From positions 1 through 64,000 of IMG/VR virus record IMGVR_UViG_2898748948_000004: a stretch of DNA of 64,000 nt, one strand, 5' to 3'. Below the pieces are notes generated by a model, which did not search any database, was not told where the DNA came from, and saw only the letters and a list, made by a program, of their open reading frames with translations. Shown here in pieces: positions 17,476 through 26,262 of this stretch. A program made the translations under genes and the position numbers. Numbering within the stretch: the first letter of the stretch is position 1; every line of letters begins with the position of its first letter. The DNA is from a virus (lineage: Duplodnaviria > Caudoviricetes).

Positions 17476-19545
17476 TCAGGCATACATCCGAGCTTCGTGT
17501 TGAAAATTCCACCTTGCCAGCGCCGCTGCCATATATGGACTGACGCTGTTACCGATCATTCGCACCTGGGCGGTGGTCGTGAGCTTGATGCGCGGGATGT
17601 CCCGTGGATCGTCTACAGCCTGCACGCCATCCTTGAACAAGATCGCCGGGTCTGGGATCTCTTCAATCTGATAGCTGTCAGGAAAGCCCTGTGCACGCGC
17701 GAGCTCGCGGGGCTTGAGCATGCGAAGGGTGATGTCAACCAGCGCCCACCATTGGCCGCTGTGCCACATCAGCACAACGTCAGCGGCTTCTGGGAACTGC
17801 TCGGGCAGGTGCTCGCGCAGTAGGTCTGCGCACAGCTTGGCTCGCTCGGCGTGCTCAGGTGCCAGATGAGAGGCAGGTACCTTGGCGGTTTGCACCAGAG
17901 CCATGCGCGCCTTTGTGGGGACGGTATGCATGGGCTCGCTGCAGCTGCTGTCCTGACCGCCTTCGCTGTAATACTTGACAAGGCAAGCAGTTATCAAGCG
18001 CTGTTGGGTTCCGCTGGTGGTGATGGTCGAAAGCGGCTCGTCGGCCGGCCGACCATCCCCGTCATAGAAACCACCATAGGCCTGCTCCAGGCATACGGCT
18101 GCCAATGCACTCGTTGCGCCGCTGGCAGTGACGGTGTTCAGCGGCATTTCGATGTTGCGCGTGCCGTGGCTCCAACGCTTCCCACCCGCAGGCCCTTCGC
18201 CGTGGCCCATATCTACCAGATGTGCGGCGACCATCCCCATGGTGATCCCGGTACTGGGGCGCTTGGGCTTCCCGCCTGCCGTGACGGTGGGCAAGGGCTC
18301 ATCCAGCGAACTACCGACAGCACCCGTGTTGAACTTGGTGATGTGGGCAGCAGCCAGGGCGTGGTGGCGACCGCCTGCGGAAACCGTTGACAAGGGCGAT
18401 TGAACGCTGTGGCCGCCTAGGTGCTGCTCGCTCGTGCCACGCAGAGGCACGATGATCTGCGCGGCGCCGTCCACTGGTTTCAATGGTTGCAGCTCAGGTG
18501 TAACTACAGAGAAATGGCCACCCTTGACCTGGGCGCATACCGTGCGCAGCGGCTGGTCGGCCGGCATGGTGCGTTGGTTGCTGCCATTGGCGTGCTCATT
18601 GATAAACGGAGCGAGCACAGGAGCCGCGAGTGCCCCTTGAGATCCCTGGCTTGTCACAGTCCAATATGGGGCGTTCACATCGCGGATACGCGGCTCTTGT
18701 CCCTCGCGTTCACCGTTGCGGGTGTTCACGATGAAGGGCGTAGCTGTATTCAGCACATGGCGGAACACTCCCTTTGCTACCCGGCGCAGTGTGTTGGTCA
18801 CGAGATCGCGCTTGCGGCCGAAGATGCTTTCAGCGGGCAGGTCGAAGTCAATGCACTGTGCAGCAGTGCGATGGGCAGCCAGCAAGCCAGCAATAACTCT
18901 GTGATCTGTGGGCGCTGCATGAGAAGGGTCGCCCCAGTGAATGGGTATGCCGTCACGGCGCGCAACAAGGAACAGGCGCTTGCGAATGGTGGGTGCCCCC
19001 TGATCGCAGGCGCGCAGCTCGCGCCATTCCACGCTGTATCCGTGGGCGCGCAGCTGACGCTCAAAGGACTTGAAGGTGCGGCCTTTCTTTTTGGGATCTG
19101 GTCGGGCATTGCCGTTGGCATCCACCACCAGGGGGCCCCAGTCTTGGAACTCTTCGACGTTCTCCAGCATCATGATGCGTGGCTTGGTCTTTGCGATCCA
19201 GCGCAGCCCCACCCAGGCCAGGCCGCGTATCTTCTTGGAAACTGGTGTGCCGCCTTTGGCCTTGCTGAAATGCTTGCAATCCGGCGAGAGCCAGACAAGG
19301 CCGACAGGTCGATTGCCGGTCACTGAAATGGGGTCAACCTCCCAGACACTCTCGCACAGGTGCTTGGTGTAAGGGTGATTGATCGCATGCATGGCCAGCG
19401 CTTCGGGGTCATGGTTGATGGCGATATCGACGGGACGCCCAAAGGCCCATTCAAGACCTTTGCTGGTGCCACCTCCGCCAGCGAAGTTGTCAATGATCAA
19501 CTCACGCCCAAGATCCAGCGGCAGAGTGAAGTCGTCGCGCTTCAT
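17476..19545 (-). CDS. DNA (cytosine-5) methyltransferase with long TRD region
   Basis: Motif I DNFAGGGG, catalytic SPDC, LENV, R..RLF, C-terminal ELARAQGFP and IGNSV. Confidence 0.92.
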   Translation of the reverse strand: MKRDDFTLPLDLGRELIIDNFAGGGGTSKGLEWAFGRPVDIAINHDPEALAMHAINHPYTKHLCESVWEVDPISVTGNRPVGLVWLSPDCKHFSKAKGGTPVSKKIRGLAWVGLRWIAKTKPRIMMLENVEEFQDWGPLVVDANGNARPDPKKKGRTFKSFERQLRAHGYSVEWRELRACDQGAPTIRKRLFLVARRDGIPIHWGDPSHAAPTDHRVIAGLLAAHRTAAQCIDFDLPAESIFGRKRDLVTNTLRRVAKGVFRHVLNTATPFIVNTRNGEREGQEPRIRDVNAPYWTVTSQGSQGALAAPVLAPFINEHANGSNQRTMPADQPLRTVCAQVKGGHFSVVTPELQPLKPVDGAAQIIVPLRGTSEQHLGGHSVQSPLSTVSAGGRHHALAAAHITKFNTGAVGSSLDEPLPTVTAGGKPKRPSTGITMGMVAAHLVDMGHGEGPAGGKRWSHGTRNIEMPLNTVTASGATSALAAVCLEQAYGGFYDGDGRPADEPLSTITTSGTQQRLITACLVKYYSEGGQDSSCSEPMHTVPTKARMALVQTAKVPASHLAPEHAERAKLCADLLREHLPEQFPEAADVVLMWHSGQWWALVDITLRMLKPRELARAQGFPDSYQIEEIPDPAILFKDGVQAVDDPRDIPRIKLTTTAQVRMIGNSVSPYMAAALARWNFQHEARMYA

Positions 19546-19608
19546 CGTGTCTCCAAAAAAGACAAAGCCCGCTCTGTGGCGGGCTTGAAGTTGAAATGGG
19601 ATATGGGT

Positions 19609-19926
19609 TTATTGGCCGGCAGACTGCGGCGGCGCAATGATCTGGAAGGCCGAGCGGTCTTTGTCGCGTATCCAAGCCGGGGGCTTGCCGCGACCTGTCC
19701 ATGTGCTGCCCGTGCTCGGGTCGCGGTACTTGGGCGCGACCTTGGCGGGCTGGCGCTGGGTGTGCGGACTGCTGCTTTTCGAGAAAATATCAACCTCTGT
19801 GAGGTCATATGCATCGCGCAGGCCTTTGACGGTCACGATGGCGTCCAGACGCAGGCGCGAGTATTCCTCGGCAATGCGTTTTTCCAGCACGTCGCGCTGG
19901 GAAAGCAACTCTTGATAGCTACTCAT
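19609..19926 (-). CDS. hns: H-NS family nucleoid-associated protein
   Basis: PKYRDPSTGSTWTGRGKPPAWI = H-NS DNA-binding signature; N-terminal coiled coil. Confidence 0.9.
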   Translation of the reverse strand: MSSYQELLSQRDVLEKRIAEEYSRLRLDAIVTVKGLRDAYDLTEVDIFSKSSSPHTQRQPAKVAPKYRDPSTGSTWTGRGKPPAWIRDKDRSAFQIIAPPQSAGQ

Positions 19927-19951
19927 TTTTTAGATCTTTCGTGTTGGTCGG

Positions 19952-20989
19952 TTATTCGGCTGCCATGAGGATGGCTTGCAGGTCACCGCGCTCGATGTCG
20001 CTGGCGTAGGGCTTCAGTTCTGCTGCCGTGTACTTGCCGGCATGTACGGTGTCGGTGGTGTAGCCGCTGTAATTGGGGCGGAAATAGGCATCGCCCTTCC
20101 TGATCAGATAGAGAGGCTCGGGCGCTGGCCACAAGATCCCCTTGAGCACCTCGGCACGCTTGAAATCCATGGCTTTGATGGCTTTGCCCATCAAGTCCTC
20201 CAGGCGTTGGCGGCGCAGGCGATCGTTCTTCTTGATGCGAGGGTCGCCAGGGCACCTCACGTACAACTCGCTATTGCACTTGCGTGCCCAATCCCATTTC
20301 CCTGTCACCAGATCCCACATGCCGCCATCGCAATAGGCAATGCCGGTGCCCATGCGCCCGTGGTGATCGTAGAAGTAGACGCGCATGCCGTTCTGCAACT
20401 GGTGGCCGTCCGCTGATGTGCTGTGGTAGCTGTCAGGTTCTTCAAGCCAGTCCTGATCCCTTTTTCCAGTGACGCGATCTATCGCAGTGATCGTCAGCGG
20501 CTTGGGGTTGTTGGTGCGCTTCACCGTCTCGAATGCGTAACCGCTGAAAACAGCGCATAGGTAGTCACGAATGCGCCGGCGCGTGCGCTCCATTTCAAGC
20601 CGGATAACGTAGGGCATGCGCTTTTCCTTGTCGAAGTCGTAGCGCCCGCCGTTGCGGTTCTTGCTGGGGGTAACGTCCTGCCACATTTCAAATCTGATGA
20701 CGCGACCACTTGTTTCTAGCCAGCCCTTGAGATCCCCTTTGTGGCAGATGCGGTAGTCACGGGCAAAGGCTTGGCCGTACTGCTTGATGTAGTCCTGCGG
20801 TATCTCGCAAGTCCAGCCCAGGCGATTGAGGGTCTGCACAATGCGAGCGAAGACCTGGCGCTTGAAAAGCACCTCCCACTCTTTCGCTGCTTTCCACTCT
20901 CTGGGGATACCTTCCTCCCAGATGCTGATGCTGGCGTCTCCGAAGTTGACGCTTCCCTCTCGTTGAATCTGTCCCTTTGGTGTGAGCAT
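19952..20989 (-). CDS. Phage hypothetical protein (345 aa)
   Basis: Long ORF with AGGA RBS in operon orientation. Confidence 0.7.
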   Translation of the reverse strand: MLTPKGQIQREGSVNFGDASISIWEEGIPREWKAAKEWEVLFKRQVFARIVQTLNRLGWTCEIPQDYIKQYGQAFARDYRICHKGDLKGWLETSGRVIRFEMWQDVTPSKNRNGGRYDFDKEKRMPYVIRLEMERTRRRIRDYLCAVFSGYAFETVKRTNNPKPLTITAIDRVTGKRDQDWLEEPDSYHSTSADGHQLQNGMRVYFYDHHGRMGTGIAYCDGGMWDLVTGKWDWARKCNSELYVRCPGDPRIKKNDRLRRQRLEDLMGKAIKAMDFKRAEVLKGILWPAPEPLYLIRKGDAYFRPNYSGYTTDTVHAGKYTAAELKPYASDIERGDLQAILMAAE

Positions 20990-21009
20990 GTTCTTTCCTG
21001 ACTTGCTTC

Positions 21010-21996
21010 TTAAAAAGGTGCCTCGCCCGGGGCACTATCGGTAGGCGCGTCTTTGGGGCCTGTGGTGCTGGCCGGAACTTTCAGCGCGGCGGGCAGATCG
21101 CCCAGGCCGGAGCGTCCTTCGCCGCCCAAGGCTTCAATCAGGTCGGGGATCAGGTGCGACAGTTCACCAGTGGCAATGGCCACATCGGTGTCGAACCCGC
21201 CATCGTCCTGGCTGTTGCCATCCATCACGGCATCGAGCAGGCAGATCTTCTTGAGCTGCAGGCCGTCCGTCAGTTCAAAGCTCACCCGGTCGTCCCAGGT
21301 CATGGCCAGCCGGGTTGGCAGCTTGCCGTGCTGTACGTGCTCGCGGATCTGGTCAATGTCCAGAGGATGGCGCGCGTAGCGAACGATGGCCTTGGATTCG
21401 TCAGCCGCTTTCAGCTCGCAGGCGCGGTCGATGGAAAAACCTGCGGGAGGCTCCTGCGTCATCAGCCAGTGCGCCATGGCAGCCTGCGGACTGGTCTGCG
21501 TATCCAGCAGGGCTAGGGCAAAGCCGGGCAGGCCTTCGACCAACAGCGTCACCACTTCATCGGCGCGGCCTTGGGCGCAGGTATCGAGCACCAGGGTGTG
21601 CGCCTGCGGGTCGATCCAGACCCACATGCTGCTTTGCTGGGTGAAGGCCATGGGCAGCAGGTCAAGCTTGGCCTCGTCCTTGAGATCGCGCTTTTCCTTC
21701 CTACCAGGCTTGCGGCCCTCGGTCTTTTCGATGTGCTCGGCCTTTTCATTGACCTTGCGGTTGAGGACGTTAGCGGGAAGCAGCTTTGACTCGCTCTTAA
21801 AGCGAAGCATCCACTGACCTGCCACGCTTTCTGCCAGTGGGCCGTGTTCTTCTCCGCGCGGCGGCACCCAGCCCACAGAGCGTTCCTGGGTCGCACCGCA
21901 CTCTTCAAACACCGTCTTTTGCAGCGCTTCTTCCAGTACCTGCAGATCGCCTTGCCACGTTGGGACAATGCGATAGGTGGTCATGTTCTGTAGCAT
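21010..21996 (-). CDS. rdgC: Recombination-associated protein RdgC
   Basis: TTYRI...FEECGATQERSVGWVPP; KLLPANV; LLPMAF; KLPTRLAMTWDDRVSFEL; C-terminal LIEALGGE. Confidence 0.92.
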   Translation of the reverse strand: MLQNMTTYRIVPTWQGDLQVLEEALQKTVFEECGATQERSVGWVPPRGEEHGPLAESVAGQWMLRFKSESKLLPANVLNRKVNEKAEHIEKTEGRKPGRKEKRDLKDEAKLDLLPMAFTQQSSMWVWIDPQAHTLVLDTCAQGRADEVVTLLVEGLPGFALALLDTQTSPQAAMAHWLMTQEPPAGFSIDRACELKAADESKAIVRYARHPLDIDQIREHVQHGKLPTRLAMTWDDRVSFELTDGLQLKKICLLDAVMDGNSQDDGGFDTDVAIATGELSHLIPDLIEALGGEGRSGLGDLPAALKVPASTTGPKDAPTDSAPGEAPF

Positions 21997-22053
21997 CCTG
22001 GGCTCCGAATAATGCGCGGGCCCGCGCTGGGCGGGCCTCTTGGGAAGGTTGGC

Positions 22054-22560
22054 TTAGGCGGCACGCAGGCCGTTGAGGGCTTGAATGCCCTTGGTGATAT
22101 GGAAGATGGCCAACTGCTGCAGGTTCAGCGCTTCGGGCGACGCGGCTTCGATCTCGCCGGCCGAGCTCAAGAGCATCGCGGCCATGATGCGCTCGCTGTC
22201 TGCCTTGGTCTTGCCGCCGGGGGTGATGCCGCCCACTTGGTTCGCAACGTCCATGGCGATGCGGCCAGACATACTCATGGAAAAGGCGATTTCTGTTCGT
22301 GCCGAGCGCTTGCGGGCGGATTCGGGGAAGAGCATGTTCATCAGCGTGCAGGCCGGGCAATCACAGCTTTCACCATCACCGAGCGGCGGGGGTGCGGCGG
22401 TCTGAGGGCCATCAGCGCCGGGTACTGCTGGGGCACTGGCTTTATCGCAGTCTTCCTGCAGGGCCTTTTTGATTTCAGGAGGCGCACTTTCGAGCATGTC
22501 GTTGAGGAATGCGGCCAGCAGCTTGACGATGAAGTCTGGTTGGGAGGAAGGTTGGTTCAC
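22054..22560 (-). CDS. Hypothetical protein (168 aa)
   Basis: GTG start with AAGGA; CDCPAC motif. Confidence 0.55.
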   Translation of the reverse strand: MNQPSSQPDFIVKLLAAFLNDMLESAPPEIKKALQEDCDKASAPAVPGADGPQTAAPPPLGDGESCDCPACTLMNMLFPESARKRSARTEIAFSMSMSGRIAMDVANQVGGITPGGKTKADSERIMAAMLLSSAGEIEAASPEALNLQQLAIFHITKGIQALNGLRAA

Positions 22561-22625
22561 GGGTGGATCCTTATGGGCAACAAAGCAAAACCGGCATTGG
22601 GCCGGTTTTGGAAAAGAGGGGTTGG

Positions 22626-23531
22626 TCAGCGTCCGCTGGGCAAGTCGTACCAAGACCACTTGCCCTTGTTGGCAGGGTCAACGTAGCGCCAGGCGGGGTG
22701 TGTGCCTGTGGTTTCCTTGAGTTCATCCACCGAGTCCAAAGCGCATTGGCGCAGCTTCGCCAGGCCTTGAGTCATCTTGGGCGTCTTGTATTGGCGCGTC
22801 ACAAACAGGGCATCGGTTGCGACCGTAGCCACGCCGGCAGCATTCATGCGCTGATAGTTCAGGCGCGCTGGTCGATACACGCCCTTGAGCTTTTCGACCA
22901 CGGGTGCAGGAATGGGCAGCAGCTTGTATTCAGGGCCGAGCTTGCTCACGGTACCGAGCGGTGCGCCGCCGACAAAGACTGCTGCAGCAATCTGCCCAGC
23001 CTCGAGTGCCTTGAGCACGGCATCGCCGTTTTCGTGCGGCACCACCTGAAACGGGATCTCGGATTGCAGACGGATGACCTGGGCGGTGATCAGGGAGCCA
23101 CCGGCTGCGCCTACCTTGCGCCCTGCCAGCGATGTGAGGTCAGTCAGCACTACCGCCTTTGCGCCAAAGCCCATCGTGCCGCCTTCCTTGAGCCCTGAGT
23201 TCACCGGAGCGACGATGTGCACCTGCTCGGGGTGCAGGGCCAGCAGCGTTTTGACATCGCCAAGATCTTCGGTGCGGGCGCGCAGCCAGAGCACATCGGA
23301 CTGGGTGAATGCTGCGTTGACCTGATTGCCGACCAGCTGATTGATGTTGTCATTCGAGCCGGTGCTGGGGATTTCCACCACCGCCACATCACCAGCGCAG
23401 CGGGTGTTGAGCTGGCGCAGCATGGACGAGTAGGTGTCACCAGCTTTGCCGGTTGCGACACGCATCTGTGCCTGGGCTATAGGCAGCAGGGCTGTAGCGG
23501 CGAGGACTGCAGAGAGAATGATCTTCTTCAT
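22626..23531 (-). CDS. TAXI-family (TRAP-type) periplasmic solute-binding protein
   Basis: Signal peptide MKKIILSAVLAATALLPIAQA; VATGKAGDTY; STGSNDNINQL; AAFTQSDV; LHPEQVHIV; VGAAGGS. Confidence 0.85.
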   Translation of the reverse strand: MKKIILSAVLAATALLPIAQAQMRVATGKAGDTYSSMLRQLNTRCAGDVAVVEIPSTGSNDNINQLVGNQVNAAFTQSDVLWLRARTEDLGDVKTLLALHPEQVHIVAPVNSGLKEGGTMGFGAKAVVLTDLTSLAGRKVGAAGGSLITAQVIRLQSEIPFQVVPHENGDAVLKALEAGQIAAAVFVGGAPLGTVSKLGPEYKLLPIPAPVVEKLKGVYRPARLNYQRMNAAGVATVATDALFVTRQYKTPKMTQGLAKLRQCALDSVDELKETTGTHPAWRYVDPANKGKWSWYDLPSGR

Positions 23532-23539
23532 GGTGCTCC

Positions 23540-23695
23540 TTATGGAATGCGGAGGGATTGCATGGCGCTGTCATCAGCGGCGGGGGAGGCGGCTGCAGGT
23601 GCAGGGCTGGCGCTGGGCTGCTGGTACTCCAGCAAGACCCCGGCACCTACGACGCAGACCAGTAGCAACAGGGTTGCGATGATTCGATAGCTCAT
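23540..23695 (-). CDS. Small bitopic membrane protein (51 aa, not in ORF track)
   Basis: MSYRIIATLLLLVCVVGAGVLLEYQQPSASPAPAAASPAADDSAMQSLRIP; ATGA-coupled upstream; its TAA abuts the TAXI RBS (TAAGGAG). Confidence 0.6.
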   Translation of the reverse strand: MSYRIIATLLLLVCVVGAGVLLEYQQPSASPAPAAASPAADDSAMQSLRIP

Positions 23696-24432
23696 TGGCG
23701 TACTCTTTCTTGGATCTCGATCGCGCGAACGTCGATCGGTGGGGTGGCCGGGCTCGGCAGAGCCGGAGGCGCTTGCATGGCCAGGGCCGAATCCAGTTCC
23801 GCCAGAGCGCGATTCATGGACGACTGCACCGAGTCGAGCGATTCGGCAGCGAGCAGCTTGTTCATTTCATCGTCGGCCACAGAGCCGGAGAGCTTCTGCA
23901 TGCGAATCGCGGCTTGGGCCACCTTCCACTTGTTGGAGGCCCGCGCGGTTGCCGCCTCAAACTCATCGGCATTGCGCTTGGCATCCGCGAGGCGCTGACG
24001 CTTGAGTTCCAGCAGCCGCTGCAGTCCCTTGAGCTGTTCGTCAAAGTCGGCGGCGTCGTCCGGCTGGTCGGTGCGTAGCGTCTTTACTTGATCCGCAAAG
24101 TTGCGCACCTCGGTGGCGAAGTTCGTCAGCTCTAGCTCGGCATCCTTGATACGGCCCCGGGCCTGCAGAGCGATGTTCTGCCGGGTTTCGATGGGGTTCT
24201 GCCGCGCTTCCTGCTTCAGGCCTTTGAGTTTCCAGTTGGCGAACTTCATGGAGAGCACTGGAGCACCATGCACGATGGCGAGCCCTAGCACCGAAGCCAG
24301 GGCAAGCCCGACGATGCCTTTCACAGCCAGGAAGACAAACGGAGCGATCAGGACAGCGCCAGCAAGGCCTATCCCCCATTTGGCCCAGGCGGCGATGCGG
24401 GCCTTGCGTTGTTCAGTAGTCAATGTAGTCAT
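23692..24432 (-). CDS. Membrane-anchored coiled-coil protein (PspA/IM30-like)
   Basis: Two N-terminal hydrophobic helices, then about 170 aa of heptad coiled coil and a ...LDSVQSSMNRALAELD tail. Confidence 0.72.
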   Translation of the reverse strand: MTTLTTEQRKARIAAWAKWGIGLAGAVLIAPFVFLAVKGIVGLALASVLGLAIVHGAPVLSMKFANWKLKGLKQEARQNPIETRQNIALQARGRIKDAELELTNFATEVRNFADQVKTLRTDQPDDAADFDEQLKGLQRLLELKRQRLADAKRNADEFEAATARASNKWKVAQAAIRMQKLSGSVADDEMNKLLAAESLDSVQSSMNRALAELDSALAMQAPPALPSPATPPIDVRAIEIQERVRQ

Positions 24433-24523
24433 GCTGAAAACAGAAAAGGCCCGCTTTGTGGCGGGCCTGGGTTATCAAAAGTAATAGCAACAAGCGTTTT
24501 CAGGACTTGGGCTATTCGTGGTT

Positions 24524-24826
24524 TTAAGATCTTTTCAGGTCTGCCACATGCTCGAGCAGCTTGTCGCAAAGCTGGCGAAATCCTGCTGCTGCCATGTGTA
24601 CAGCGCCACGCTCTCTGCGAATCGTGACGCCCAGGGCGGCAAGATTGGAGGCGTCTACCTTGATCACTTTCAGGCGAGCATTGAGCTGACCGAGGGTGAT
24701 GGTTCCGCCCTGGCTGATCAGCTGTAGGAACTCGTCTTCGCTCAACTCGTTGAGGCCGAGTCCTGTCGGTATCGCTGGCGCTGCTGGATCGGTATGGGGT
24801 AGTGGAGCAGGGGAGCTGCTGGTCAT
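24524..24826 (-). CDS. Hypothetical protein (100 aa), possible wHTH
   Basis: ATGA-coupled start at 24826. Confidence 0.55.
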   Translation of the reverse strand: MTSSSPAPLPHTDPAAPAIPTGLGLNELSEDEFLQLISQGGTITLGQLNARLKVIKVDASNLAALGVTIRRERGAVHMAAAGFRQLCDKLLEHVADLKRS

Positions 24827-24939
24827 AGTGTCCAAGGAGGATTGAGGCTCAAGAAGGCGACAGTCAAGACAGCAAGAATGCTGAAGCCGAGCCAGAGAAG
24901 CAAGGCCCAGCCGAGGCTGGGGGCGGGGGGAGCAGTCAC
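24823..24939 (-). CDS. Membrane micro-peptide (38 aa)
   Basis: GTG start overlapping the upstream TGA; TAPPAPSLGWALLLWLGFSILAVLTVAFLSLNPPWTL; stop overlaps next ATG. Confidence 0.45.
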   Translation of the reverse strand: MTAPPAPSLGWALLLWLGFSILAVLTVAFLSLNPPWTL

Positions 24940-25007
24940 GGCTTGCGGGCCATGGCCATGAAGAGGATGGCCACAGCGATCAAGGCCAGGGGCATAAGGT
25001 TGTCCAT
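24936..25007 (-). CDS. Membrane micro-peptide (23 aa)
   Basis: MDNLMPLALIAVAILFMAMARKP; begins 6 nt after the upstream stop, GTGA-coupled downstream. Confidence 0.4.
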   Translation of the reverse strand: MDNLMPLALIAVAILFMAMARKP

Positions 25008-25013
25008 GCGGAT

Positions 25014-25421
25014 CTAACCCTTAGCGTGTAGAGCCATGTCCAGTGCCGCGCGAAGCTGGTTGGCCGCGTACTGCTGCTGGGAAAACTGGCCTGTCCCGCC
25101 ATCGGCAGCTTTAGAAGCTGGCACGAGCCCGCACTCAATGGCGGCTTGGATTGCGGCCTGCATTCTGGGTGCAGCCATCAGCATGGTGCGGATCTGATCG
25201 CCGGTCAGCCCGGTTTCCTCGCGCAGATTGAACATCTGTGCGATGAATTTGGCGTTTTCGCGTGCCGCGTCCTCGCCGCCTTCGGTGTCGGAGAAGCAGC
25301 CTGCAATCAACGAATGCAGGTTGGAGCCGAAGTCATGGGCGGCAACGGCCCAGCTCTGCTTGAAGGTTTGGCTCATGCGCGGCCCGGCTGGGCCTGCATT
25401 GAAAACAGGGGCTGCGCTCAT
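25014..25421 (-). CDS. Phage hypothetical protein (135 aa)
   Basis: ATGA-coupled. Confidence 0.6.
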   Translation of the reverse strand: MSAAPVFNAGPAGPRMSQTFKQSWAVAAHDFGSNLHSLIAGCFSDTEGGEDAARENAKFIAQMFNLREETGLTGDQIRTMLMAAPRMQAAIQAAIECGLVPASKAADGGTGQFSQQQYAANQLRAALDMALHAKG

Positions 25422-25819
25422 TCTGTGGCACTCAGTCCGAGGCGGGCCCGGCAGAATGCAGCCGCGCCTTCCTTTGTAGAGTGGGCGATGCCGCGAGCGA
25501 TCACTCGGTCATCCCAAAGGCTGACATCGAAGGTCACTTCTTCAAAGTAGTCCTTCTCAGTTGCTGCTTCGACATAGTAGGTTTCGCCGGACTGCATCAG
25601 GTGACTGATGCGGGTGTCCGCCAGTGAAAAACCGTTGATGGTGGCATCCTGGGGCTTGTGGCGATACTTGGTTTTTTCGTTCCAGAGGGGGTGCCCGTCT
25701 AGGCTGACCCAATCCGTGGAGCCTTCTTCCAGCTTCTGCCATTTCAGCCAAGCTCGCTTGGTCTGGCCGGAGTCCTTGGCATAGAGGAGCATTTCTTTGG
25801 CGTGTACGTGCGCGGTCAT
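25418..25819 (-). CDS. Phage hypothetical protein (133 aa)
   Basis: ATGA-coupled; P.W.....YR.KP module. Confidence 0.6.
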   Translation of the reverse strand: MTAHVHAKEMLLYAKDSGQTKRAWLKWQKLEEGSTDWVSLDGHPLWNEKTKYRHKPQDATINGFSLADTRISHLMQSGETYYVEAATEKDYFEEVTFDVSLWDDRVIARGIAHSTKEGAAAFCRARLGLSATE

Positions 25820-26043
25820 TTCGCCTGGTTCTTTCCTGATTCTTGGATGTGGGTGAGCTGACGGCGCAGGCGCTCGCAGCGTTCGTGGAACATTTCGACC
25901 GTCGCGGCTGCATGGTCGTAGGCGTTTTCGGCGCTTAGCAGCTCGCGCTCCGCTTCCTCGAGCTGGCGCTGCACGAGCACCTCAAGTGGGGGGATGCAGA
26001 AGGTGTAGCTCAAGCGTCTGAGCTTTTTCACGAGAGCGAACAT
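25816..26043 (-). CDS. Coiled-coil hypothetical protein (75 aa)
   Basis: Coupled in operon. Confidence 0.55.
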   Translation of the reverse strand: MFALVKKLRRLSYTFCIPPLEVLVQRQLEEAERELLSAENAYDHAAATVEMFHERCERLRRQLTHIQESGKNQAK

Positions 26044-26046
26044 GGT

Positions 26047-26262
26047 TCAGATCTCTTTCAGGCATTGCATTTCGGACTTGGAGATCCAATCAACGGCGTG
26101 GCCTGGAGGGCAGGCCTGCTGGGCCCCAAGCTCCGAGCGGGTCAGTGGGCCCTCAGCTGCTGCAGAGGCTTGGCTGCAAGCTGTGTTGGCCAGTGCCGCT
26201 GCAGCGCAGAGGAAAGCGGCGGCAAGGCGGGCGCAGCTTGAGTTCAGTCGTTGATTTCGCAT
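26047..26262 (-). CDS. Small exported protein (71 aa)
   Basis: Basic N-terminus plus hydrophobic stretch; C-terminal ACPPG...WISKSEMQC. Confidence 0.5.
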   Translation of the reverse strand: MRNQRLNSSCARLAAAFLCAAAALANTACSQASAAAEGPLTRSELGAQQACPPGHAVDWISKSEMQCLKEI

